Assembly (NCBI GenBank): GCA_043228905.1
Contig: JBHGNT010000020.1
Span: forward strand, 5,394,001-5,458,000
DNA from: Azolla caroliniana
Taxonomy: Eukaryota > Plantae > Polypodiophyta
DNA: 64,000 bases
Reading direction: 5' to 3'
Part shown: one piece after another, positions 23,667 to 35,700 of the stretch
Layout: the number at the start of each line of letters is the position of its first letter
How positions within the stretch are numbered: position 1 is the first letter of the stretch
Program-made: the position numbers and the translations under genes
The notes under the pieces: model-generated
The model's input: the letters and a program-made list of their open reading frames with translations, nothing else
What the model was told of the DNA's origin: nothing
Database searches by the model: none

Positions 23667-26600
23667 TGTTGGGAAATCGGTCTCTCTGGATGGGATCCGG
23701 TAACGAATAAAGAGGACCCGGTTAAAACCGGAAGAGATCCAGAAACTGGATTGGTGGACCCGGTGAGAACCGGAAGAGAAGACATATTTGTAAATATGTC
23801 TTGAATAAGCCCATTGAGGCTATATTTGTAAATAGTCCTAAGTTCATAGAACTATAAATATGACTTAGGGCAATCACTTCTGTATATGGTTGTTATTGTT
23901 GTTGTAATTGTTGTATAGAGTGAGCGACAGAGTGTGACAGAGTTAGGGAGAGAGAGATACAGAGCGATACTCTATTGTAACCGCCACAGTGTGAAGGAAC
24001 AGAGCTCGAGGTCATTGCCTCCGAGTCTCTGATTGTACCCCTTCTCTTCATAGTGATAGTTCGGAGTCTATGGGCTCCCATGGTTTTTTCCCTATTAGGG
24101 TTTTCCACGTAAACATCCTGTGTCATTTTCTTGTGTACTCTCCACTTCCCATTTCTGAGTTTGATTCTTGAAGAAGTGACTTACTACTCGGTTGTGGTCG
24201 AGTGATATTCCGCTCATTTCCCCACAAACTGGTATCAGAGCCTACAACACAGAAAATGGAAGAATCTTTCGGCGACATGTTCAAGCTCACCGGCTCCAAC
24301 TACTCAGAGTGGAAGTCGAAGATGAGGGACATGCTGGTGGTTAAAGATCTTTGGTTGCCGATTCAGTTCAGGGACAAGAGACCAGATAAGATTGACGCCA
24401 CGGTGTGGGAGGTGATGCACATGAAGACAACGACATACATCTAGTGCTTCATCAACATGAGCTTGTATAACAACTTCAATGAAGAGAGCAAGGCTCATGA
24501 ACTCTGGGAGAAGATCAACATCATGTTCCAGAACAAGAATGTCGTTAATCGGGTTTCGGTATTTCGGAAGCTAGTGAGGCTCCGGTACCAAGACGACTCC
24601 AGTATGGCGGAGCACATGAATGCCTTCCAGGGGCTGGATACACCAAGCAACCTCGTTGGAACTACCTCTCGCCGATGAGGTACTTGCTCTACTCCTGCTC
24701 GGTTCCCTCCCGGATAGCTGGGAGACGTTAGTTGTCACATTGGGCAACGCCGGGCCGGAAGGAAAACAACTATCCCTAGCAAGGGTCAAGTCGAGCTTGC
24801 TAGATGAGGAGGCGCGTTGGAAAGACAAGGAGGTGATCTCTGACACCAAAGCCCTCCTTACCATATCGGAACGCGGAAGAGAAAGGAATCGGAGTCCCCA
24901 GAACCGGGAAAAGTCGGGGACACAATCAAAGTCAAGGGGGAGGCCCACTTGCTTCTATTGCGGCAAGCCGGGGCACTTCTAGAAGAACTGTTGGCATTTC
25001 CGGAAAGACAAGGGAACCAACAATACCAATTCGAAGAAGTCACCAAACCGAAACGGTTCGGATTGGCGAGGCCCGGACCGGAAGGGAACGACGGTGATCG
25101 CGGCAAGTGAAGAAGAACTAATGCTCATCATCGGGGAGAGCGAGTTGAACCTTCCCGTCAACGAGATAACATGGGTTGTCGATTCCGGAGCGTCGTTCCA
25201 CCTTACCCCGGACAAAAAATGCTTCTCATCCTACATAGTCGGTGAGCACGGTTGTGTTCAGATGGGGAATGAAGGGACATGCCGAATTATCGGCATAGGA
25301 GATGTGTTGTTGACGACATCAACCAGATGCAAATTGTTGCTAAAGGATATCTGACACGTTCTGGAGGTTCGACTGAACCTAATATCAGCCGGTCGGCTAG
25401 ATGATGAAGGCTACATAGGTAGCATCCAGAACGGTGTCATGAAGTTCTGCAAAGGGAGCTTAATAGTGGCTCGAGCCCGGAAGGTCAACACACTGTACTT
25501 GATGAATGGCCGGATATGCCGGGAAGAAGTGAACGTAGCATCTGACACTGCCGGTGAGCTGTGACACAAAAGACTGTGTCACATGAGTGAGAAGGGGATG
25601 AAGAGGCTTGCCGAAGACACCCTCATTCTGGTGAAGGATGTGCAACTTGAGAAGTGCACCGACTGCCTGGCCGACAAGCAAAACCGCACCGCCTTCCAGT
25701 CAAGACCATCGATGAGTGTCAAGTCGACACGAAGTCACATGCTGGATCGCAGTACTTCGTGACGTTCATAGATGACCACAACCAGAAGTTGTGGGTCTCG
25801 TCGTTGAAGACGAAGGATCAGGTGCTATCCGTCTTCAAGGAGCTCCACGCGAGAGTGGAAAGAGAAACCGGCCGGAAGCTGAAGGTGGTTCAAGCAGATA
25901 ACGGAGGAGAATATCGGGGGCAGTTCGAGGAGTACTGCCAGTCGAAGGGAATCCGGCTCGAGTTTACTGTGCCGAAGACGCCGGAACTAAACGGGCTGGC
26001 CGAAAGGATGAACTGGACGATAATGGAGAGAGTCTGGAGCATGCTCGCACATGCCAAGTTACCCAAGACGTTTTGGGTTGAGGCACTGACAACGGCGACC
26101 TATGTGATAAATAGATCACCCTCAGTACCCTTGGACAGAGACTCACCGCAGAAAGTATGGATTGGTAAGGATGTGTCTTACCGGGATCTGAAGGTGTTCA
26201 GGTGTCTCGCATACGTGCATATGGCGAAGGACAAGAGAGCAAAGTTGGATCCGAAGTCCCGACCATGCATATTCCTTGGATATGGCGATGATGAGTTCGA
26301 TTACCGGGTGTGGGATCTGGTTGACAAAAAGGTGTTCCGGAGTCGGGACATATTCTTCATGGAAGACAGGACCATTGCCAACTGGGAGTGGGAGAAGAAG
26401 GTAACGAACTACGGATGATCCATTGAAAACCGGCTTGAGGACAAAAGGATATACCCGGTTGAAAACTGGATGTTAGCCGGCAACCAGATGACACTCGACG
26501 AACCGGCCAGATTCGGACAAGAAATCGAACCGACCGAAGAAGAAGAAGAAGATACCGGAATTGGACAAGATCCCGAATTGGATTCAGATGAGGAACAGAC

Positions 26601-29189
26601 TGAGGAACCGGCTGTCAAAAACCAAGGACGGAGATATCCTCTACGGGAGAGAAGAGTCCCCCGAAGATTTCCGGATGTAGAGCATGTGTTGCTAACCGAT
26701 GAGGGGGAGCCGGAAAGCTTTGAAGAAGCAAGGGGAGACACCCACAACCGCAAGTGGTTGAGTGCCATGCAAGATGAGATGGATTCCTTGCATGAGAACC
26801 ACACATACGAATTGGTGGAGTTGCCGAAAGGAAAGAGGGCACTCCGGAACAAGTGGGTGTACAGGCTGAAACAGGGAGATGCCGGAAATCCACCAAGGTA
26901 TAAGGTTCGAATTGTGGTGAAGGGCTTCCAACAGAAGAAAGGAGTGAACTTCGATGAGATCTTTTGCCCCGGTAGTAAAGATGACATCCATCCGGACGGT
27001 ATTAGGCATAGCGGCAAGCATGGACCTCGAGGTAGAGCAACTAGACGTCAAGACGGCATTCCTACACGGAGACCTCGAAGAAGAGATCTACATGCATCAA
27101 CCGAAAGGATTTGAGAAGAATGGGAAGGAGCACCTGGTGTGCCGACTGAAGAAGATCTTATACGGACTGAAGCAAGCTCCTGGCAATGGTACCAGAAGTT
27201 TGATTCCTTCATGACCGATCAAGGGTACCACAAGACGCATGCCAATCACTGCGTGTTTGTGAAGAAATTTGATAGAGGAGATTTCCTGATATTGCTCCTG
27301 TACGTGGACGACATGTTGATCGTTGGACGACACCAAGTCAAGATACGGATGTTGAAGAAGGCCCTTAACCGAACCTTCTCAATGAAAGACTTGGGTCCGG
27401 CAAGACAGATACTGGGAATACACATCATCCGGGACCGGTCGGAGAAGTTATTGTGGTTGTCATAGGAGAAGTATGTGACAAAGGTGCTTCAACGGTTCAA
27501 CATGTCGGAGGCGAATCCGGTCGGATCGACACTTCCAGCGAACTGCAAGCTATTCGGAAAACAAAGCCCAAGGACAAAGGAGGATATGATAAAGATACCA
27601 CATGCCTCTGTCATCGGGAGCTTGATGTACGCAATGGTATGTACCTGCCCGGATATCGGATATGCAGTTGGAGTGGTGAGCCGGTTCATGAGCAATCTTG
27701 GCAAAGAGCATGGGAACGCGGTCAAGTGGATACTCTAGTATCTGAAATGCACTTCGAGTATGTGCCTTTGGTTTGGCTCCGGTAATCCCCAACTTGACAG
27801 ATTCACGGATTCAAATATGTCGGCTGATGCGGATACGAGCCGATCTACATCCGGATATGTAATGACTTATGCAGGGGGAGTTGTATCAAGCTATTTGGAA
27901 AATAAAGCCCGAGGACAAAGGCAGAGAAGGCGGATATGATAAAGATACCATATGCCTCTGTCGTCGGGAGCTTGATGTACGCAATGGTATGTACCCGACC
28001 GGATATCAGATATGCAGTCGGAGTGGTGAGCCGGTTCATGAGCAATCCTGGCAAAGAGCATTGGAACACGGTCAAGTGGATACTCCGGTATCTGAAAGGC
28101 ACTTCGAGTATGTGCCTTTGGTTTGGCTCCGGTAATCCCCAACTTGACGGATTCACGGATTCAGATATGTCAGCTGATGCGGATACCGGTTGGTCTACAT
28201 CCGGATATGTAATGACTTATGCGGGGGGAGCTGTATCATGGCAGTCGAGGCTGTAGAAGACCGTTGCATTGTCGACAATGGAAGCGGAGTACATGGCAAC
28301 TATAGAAGCCAGCAAGGAGATACTCTGGATGAAGGACTTCATCGGAGAGCTAGGAATCGAACAGGAGGAATACCGGCTCTATTGAGATAGTCAAAGCGCC
28401 ATCCACCTCGCAAAGAGCGCGGTCTACCATTCAAGAACGAAGCACATCCAGCACATGTACCACTGGATACGGGAGCGAGTTGAAGATTGAGAGCTTGTGC
28501 TGACGAAGATCCACACGGAGGAGAACAAGTCGGATATGTTGACCAAGGTGCCGACACTCGACAAGCGGGACGCATGCCGGAAGTGGATCGGACTTACAAG
28601 ACATCCCATACCGAAGTGAAGGGGGAGATTGTTGGGAAATTGGTCTCTTCGGATGGGATCCAGTGATGAATAAAGAGGACCCGGTTAAAACCGGAAGAGA
28701 TACGAAAACCGGATCGGTGGACCCGGTGAGAACCGGAAGAGAAGACATATTTGTAAATATGTCTTGAATAAGCCCATTGAGGCTATATTTGTAAATAGCC
28801 CTAAGTTCATATAACTATAAATATGACTTAGGGCAATCACTTCTGTATATGGTTGTTATTGTTGTTGTAACTATTGTATAGAGTGAGCGATAGAGTGTGA
28901 CAGAGTTAGGGAGAGAGAGATACAGAGCGATACTCTATTGTAACCGCCACAGTGTGAAGGAACAGAGCTCGAGGTCGTTGCCTCCGAGTATCTGATTGTA
29001 CCCCTTCTCTTCATAGTGATCGTTCGGAGTCTGTGGGCTCCCATGGTTTTTTCCCTATTAGGGTTTTCCACGTAAACATCCTGTGTCATTTTCTTGTGTA
29101 CTCTCCACTTCCCATTTCTGAGTTTGATTCTTGAAGAAGTGACTTACTACTCGGTTGTGGCCGAGTGATATTCCGCTCATTTCCCCACA
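23667..29189 (+). mobile_element. Full-length degenerate Ty1/copia (Tork-like)
   Basis: 560-bp LTRs at 23667-24226 and 28630-29189. PBS TGGTATCAGAGCC at 24230. PPT GAAGGGGGAG. TSD CATGA/CAGGA (4 of 5 match). gag-PR-INT-RT-RH fragments with many stops. Confidence 0.94.
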
Positions 29190-29738
29190 CAGGAATCCTA
29201 CCTATATATGTAGGCAGTCCATGTGACATGTTAAGTGTGAGGTTGGCCGAGGTCTATGCCGAAAGTCCCAATTCTACCCTCTCTCCCCATCATGATCAGA
29301 ATGAGGAGATGCGCCTCCTTATATATGGCCGTTGGGGACTAGCCATTGGGGACTAGCCATTGGGACTAGGGCATTAGAATTGGTTCCCTTCTTGAGTCCC
29401 GACATAGATTGGGACTTTGTTTATGCTTCCTCATGGTTGTCCCACTTTCGATTGGGGCTCTTGGGGTCTATCACAACTCACTTTAGGACTCATTGGATGC
29501 GTCCCAACTCACTTTGGGACTTCGTTCCGGTTGGGACGGTTTGCGTGCACCACATTAATAATAATTGAGTGAACGAATGAATTTATGTAATAGGTGAGCA
29601 GCCAGCCCCAAAAGAACGCTTCTATCTATCTACATATCTCTTTTTGCTGCTGCTGTTTATGAAAATGTGTTGTGTGAGAGGTTTTAGCGGATAGCGCCAT
29701 TCCACCTTCTTTCTCCTCGCTGTTTGTCACGCTCGGGG

Positions 29739-32700
29739 ATGGCTCTGCTCTCTCTCGCAGGTACAACACGGTGAGTTGTTACTTTGCTCACCTCTTCTCT
29801 GTTTCCTTATCGTCTTCTTTATGTATATGCGAAAGCACATATATATATATGGTGATGAATCCTCAGCAGCAGCACTTTGCCCCTGGGCATGGGTTGGGCT
29901 TCTGGAGAGCAGAAGCAATTCTTACGTGGTTGTGGTCCAAACACGGAAGCCTATGTGAAATGGCATGCTACAGTCTGTGCAGATTCCCAGCAACTCTCGA
30001 ATGGTAAGCATTTATCTCCTCCTTTCCTCTTCTTTCTTTGCTTGTGCTTGTTGTGATCATATAAGATTAGACTCTGAATATGCAAATCTTAGATTCGTCC
30101 CCTGGAATTAGGTTGTTGGTGGCTCTGTGTTTCTTTTAGTTCTCAACCACATGAACAGGTAAACTGCCAAACATTAAGTGCACCCTCTTGGCATGTCTGA
30201 GAGAAACGGAAATTATCATAGAAAATTGAGAGCTTCAGGTTTAGAAAATGTCACAAATGGAAGTCTTATGATGGAATATTGCACTAAGAACTGTTTGCAA
30301 TACGTTTACGTGATGCATTCTTCAAATTCATGGGTTATTTTCTTTTTTTACACTATTATAACTTAGATTATTGTTAGATATGGAAGAAGAATGTTTATGG
30401 TCTCTAATTTGAAGGGCAGCACGAGGATTAGGGTTTAGGTAAACTAGAGAGGGAGAGAGTCTGAGTGAGACAAAGGGAGAGAGAGAGAGATGCATGCTGT
30501 CTTGGGTACAAAGAGTGTACCAGTTTTTTTGGTTTTTAGATATATATATATACAAGTCAAAACGTGCTACGAGTGCGTTCACACTCGTGCACTAATAAAA
30601 GGCACGATGGCCTATTATTCCCAACATAATTTAATTTATGAGGATGCAAAGAACCATGTGGAATTATTATTTCTCTGTTCAGGCATGATGAGTATGCAAT
30701 ACAGATATATTTTATTTTTAATATCAAAATTATGTTGATGTTTGAAATGTAGGTAGAGTAGCACCACTTGATAGAAAAAAGCTCAAAAGAAGTGTTAATG
30801 CTGTTGTTTGTCATATGTTCATTTCAACAATCTTTTGATTTGAGGTTTATGTAAAAAAAGCATAACTCCTCTTTTTTATTATTGGATATGGTTCTGTTCA
30901 GATCCACTTCTTGTGAGGACAGTGAAAGGGGAGAATGTGGAGCGGCCACCTGCGTGGATGATGAGACAGGCCGGCCGATATATGGCTGCCTACAGAAAAC
31001 TTTCTGAAAAGTATCCTGGTTTCAGATTGAGATCAGAAACAACAGATCTGATTGTGGAAATTTCGCTGCAGCCATGGAAAGCTTTCCAACCAGATGGAGT
31101 TATAATATTTTCAGATATCTTAACACCACTACCTGCGATTGGGATAGATTTTGAGATAGATGAAAATAAAGGCCCAATCATCGAACGCCCAATTCAGACA
31201 GAAGATGATTTATCATGTTTACAGAAAATTGATCTTGACAAATTGCATTTTGTGGGAGAATCGTTAAGTATATTACGGAAAGAGGTAAGGGCTGTCTGTC
31301 CATTAACATGTACATTTATAGACATGATATGCATGTGTTCGGAAATTTAATTTTATAATTGATATCCATGAATTCATCTACACACACCTATACACTACTG
31401 CATTGATAGGATAAACTAGAGATCATATCAATTCATCAAGTGAGAAGAAATCTTAAGTGAAATCTTGTGAGATCTGATAACCACACCACTAAAGCGCTAC
31501 AACTAAATATTTCTTCAAGAATGCACATTCATTCCTAGCCAATGAACTTTCAATATTCTTCTTAGTTCCCTTCACCAAAGCAAGGAATTCTTCACACTTC
31601 AAACTGTTTTGCGTTTTGCAATATATATCTCTGCCAACTCAAGGATTAGGCTGTACAAAAATTATAATATTCTTTTGATGATCAACAGGGAATAATCAAG
31701 ATGAGGAATAACCACTTGCTTATCTAAACGAGGCATAAGAATATACGTTATCAGGGGCCTTGAAATGTTGGCATATAGGTGTATCAAACTCCAATAACTA
31801 TAGTTTATGTAAATAGGAGAAAGAGCTAATTGTTGGGCTGGAGTGAATATGCTAGACTCCAGATTGTCCTACTATAGCTGGTTTGGTGGAGGAGAACTGA
31901 AAGGGTTAGAAATGATATCAATAGGGCTGAGGAACACTCAGGAGTCACCCAAGTAGGGGCGCTTTTGGTGCAATAGTAGAGCGATGGTTGAAAAGATAGA
32001 GAGAATAGTAGTTGGAGGAGCTCACCTCTGAAGTGAGATTCAAAAGTTCTAAACCTATGTTTTATATGACCCATTTAGGGTTGGCCAAGTTCACATTGAA
32101 CTTGGCCTAAAAATAAAGAATACGTGATAAGTGACTTTTGGCCTTTATTATTAGGCCTATACCCATGTACACACTATAAGGGGGTCATTTAGGGCCTTTA
32201 CTGGAGTTCTACTTCACCGTTTAGGATCCACTCGCTACAAAGTGATAATGCACTTTTATGTGTTTTGTCTGAGCATGGAACACAGGGTTCTTGGCTAGCT
32301 ACATGCGGCTCATGTTGTCACAGTAGATCGGGATCGGAGTCGGTACTTTGATCCGGAGGTCTTGCTACAACCACCGAAGCCAGGTGGCTTCACAGGTGGC
32401 AACGGTAGCGCCTCGATACTCAGCCTCAATGCTGGAAAGAGCCATTGTCGGCTGCTTCTTGATGCTCCACGCAACAGTTGCGCTACCTAGAGAAAACATA
32501 AATTGGGATGTTGATCGCCGATCCGACGCATCACCGGCCCAATCGTCATCCGTATATCCGACTAGTTTTTCGGTTATACCATGTCGGTATAACAGTCTGC
32601 GGTCCTTAGTGCCGCTAACATACCTTAGTATTCGGTGCGCGTACTGAAGGTGCTCCACAGTTGACTTCTGCATGAATTGGCTGATGGCTCCGACCGGATA

Positions 32701-35700
32701 GCTAATGTAGTTAACTAAATAAGGCTTTCGACAATTTGTCTGAACCGTTTCTCATCGTAGCCCGGTTCGGAGTCGGGACGAAGCTTCAAGTTCCGGTCCA
32801 GGGGTGTGGAGATTGGTCGACAATCCCTCAAGCCGAACTTGTACAACATATTCAGTACATAATGTCGTTGTGAGAGCAATATGCCGTCGGGGGTATGGAT
32901 CGCTTCGATCCTGAGGAAATAATGAAGGTCCCTCAGGTCCTTCATTTTGAATGCATCCGACAATTGGGATTTCACTCAGCCGATTTTAGCAAGTCCGGGT
33001 CCGGTGATGACCAGATCGTCCACATATAGTAGAATACATACCGAACCTTCCGGACTGTTCTGGATGAACAACGACGAGTTCAACTTCGAGGCCGCAAACC
33101 CCATCTTACGTAACCGGTGCGTGATCTTCGAATTCCAAGCACGGGGGGCTTGCTTCAAGCCGTAAAGGGACTTTTTGAGTTGGCACACTGTTGACTTGTT
33201 CATCTCCGACTGAAAACCTGAGGGGTTGGATCATATAGACCTGTTCTTCAAAGTCAGGTTGAAGAAATGCATTCTTCACATCCATTTGGTGAAGATGCCA
33301 CCCCCTTGCACAACAACCGCCAGCACCACACGAACCGTCGTCATCTTTGATACTGGCGCAAAGGTCTCATCGTAGTCGATTCCATGGGTCTGTGCGTATT
33401 CTCTTGCCACTAATCGGGCCTTGTACCGGTTGATTGAACCGTCAACATTATACTTTACCTTGTACACCCACTTGCAACCGATCAGTTTGCAATGTCGGGG
33501 AGGGTCAACCAGGTCCCATGTGTTGTTGGCATCGAGTGCCCGTATCTCTTCCTCCATAGCCGCACGCCAATGTGCGTCCTTCGTCGTTTTTGCGTAGCTC
33601 TCCGGCTCACGCACTTCCGCCACTTTCGTCATGTACACATAGTGATGCGCCATGTACTCATTGTATTCGTACCTTTTTACGGGGTTCTTCTTGCGGGTCG
33701 ATTGACGTAACTTCGCATTTGCCGATTGCAAGGCCCTCTTGGCTAACTCGGACTTCGTTCTCGAAGGTCCGTCTCCGGAGTCGGATTCGCTCCGATCCGA
33801 CTCTTCTCTTCTGGTGTCGTACTTCGGGATCTTCTTCTTCCCCTTTTCTTTCTGCGTGAACCGTGTCCTCAGTTCCTTGCACGGGGAAAGGACGGCTGAG
33901 TCTCCACTACTCGCAGGCTCTGACTGGTCGTTCCGACTTAGTCGCTCATTCGACCCACTTAGCCGGAATGAGATCGGACTCTCGTCCAGAGTATCGAATC
34001 CTTCGTCATCCGCTACCCGGATCGTTTCCGGCTCACTGGCCTCGTCTTCCGGAATCAGGTCGGAGTCGGTCAGAGTTGGTAGAGAGTACCATGATGCCAC
34101 TCATCAAATTCGACATCTCGGCTCACTCGAACTTGTTTTGTTCGAGGGTTATAACACTTATAACCCTTTTGCTCATGTGAGTAGCCGACAAGGATGCACT
34201 TCTCCGACTTTGGGTCCAGCTTTCTGCACTTCTCATCTGGCACATGCACATATGCAATGCTACCGAATATCCTTAGGTGCCTTAAATTCGGCTTCCGCCC
34301 GAAATACAGTTCATGTGCTGCCACCTTATCCCCGAACCAATTTTGGATGTAGACGGCCATCCGGACCGCATCAGCCCAATAGAACTTGGGCATGTTCTTC
34401 TCCTCTAGCATTGCCTGTGTTGCCTCCACAATTGAACCACTCCTCCTTTCGGCCACACCGTCTTGTTCCGGTCTGTATCTGTAGCTGAATTCTCTCCAAA
34501 TTCCTCTTTGCTGCTAATAACTAATGAATTGGCCGGAAAAGTATTCTTTTTCGCCATCCGACTGCAGGCATTTGATTTTCCTCTCCGTTTCCTGTTCGAC
34601 AAGACTTTGCAGGTTCCGGAAACAGTCGAAGACTTCGCTTTTCTTCTCTATGAGATAGATCCATGTGTGCCGGTTGTAGTCGTTAATGAAGGAGATGAAA
34701 TATCGACTCTCGCCAAGAGTAATGTTTTGTGCCGGTCCCCATACATCCGAATGTATCAAGTCGAGCTTGTTACGGCTCCGGTTTCTTTCGGTGGGGAATG
34801 CAAGCTGGTGTTGCTTCCCGAGTTGGCAGGCGTCACATATTTGGGCCTTCCAACCATTGAATTTTGGCAATCCGAAGACAACCTGTTCCGATTGCAGGTT
34901 TGGAAGCCTCCAGTAGTTGACGTGGCTGATCCGCTTGTGCCAGAGATCGATGTCCAATTCAATCTTTTGTCCTTTGGCAAACAAGGTGGTGTCGACGTCG
35001 TTGGTGTCGAGGATGAACATCCTCCTGTCCCGGTGCCCTTGCGCAATTATCCGGCCTTCTTCCTCGATGAAGCACCCGAGGTGCGTAAACCGCACCTGCA
35101 TCCCCTGGTCGACAATCTGTCCTACCGACACTAGGTTCTTTGTGATTGTCGGGACGTGAAGCACGTTCATAAGTTTCCCCTTTTGTGTGACATGACTTAG
35201 GGGAACTTCTCCGACATGCGCGATAAGGTGAGGAGTGTCGTCTCCAGTCTTGACAACTGCCGGTTGCTCTGGCTTGTCTAGATATGAGAACCACTCTTCG
35301 TGGCTCGTCATGTGGTTAGACACTCCGGAGTCAACGTACCACACTTCCTCCGATCTGAAAGTGGTCTTATTCATTGAGTTCGTCTTGTGCTTCATCACGA
35401 AGGCTGACCCTTTTCCGGTCTTTCCGGTTTTGGATACTTCTGATCCTTTTGTGTAGTGTGAGCTTTGCCGGTTCGCTTGTCCGGCCTTGTCGGATCTGGA
35501 TTTATCCGAATCGGCGTGCTTCTTCTAGCACTTGATTTCCTGGTGGCCCTTCTTGCCACAATACTAGCATTCCGTCTCGGTCTTTGATTGCCGGTTTCCG
35601 GCGCTGCTTTGACTCCCCCTGGTCATGGAGGATCCGGAAATGTTGTCGGCACTATCTCTGTGCTTGTGGTGTTGCTCTTGCTGGCCGCTGCTATCGCGTG

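Noticed and set aside
29960-30240. Alternative UROD start MACYSLCRF with an exon at about 30140-30238
   Set aside because: Phases lead to in-frame stops. The 29739/29867 model splices cleanly into exon 3.
33739-35134. Long + strand ORFs (249 and 223 aa) inside intron 3, and many similar antisense ORFs elsewhere
   Set aside because: Shadow frames of retroelement pol sequence with no independent motifs.
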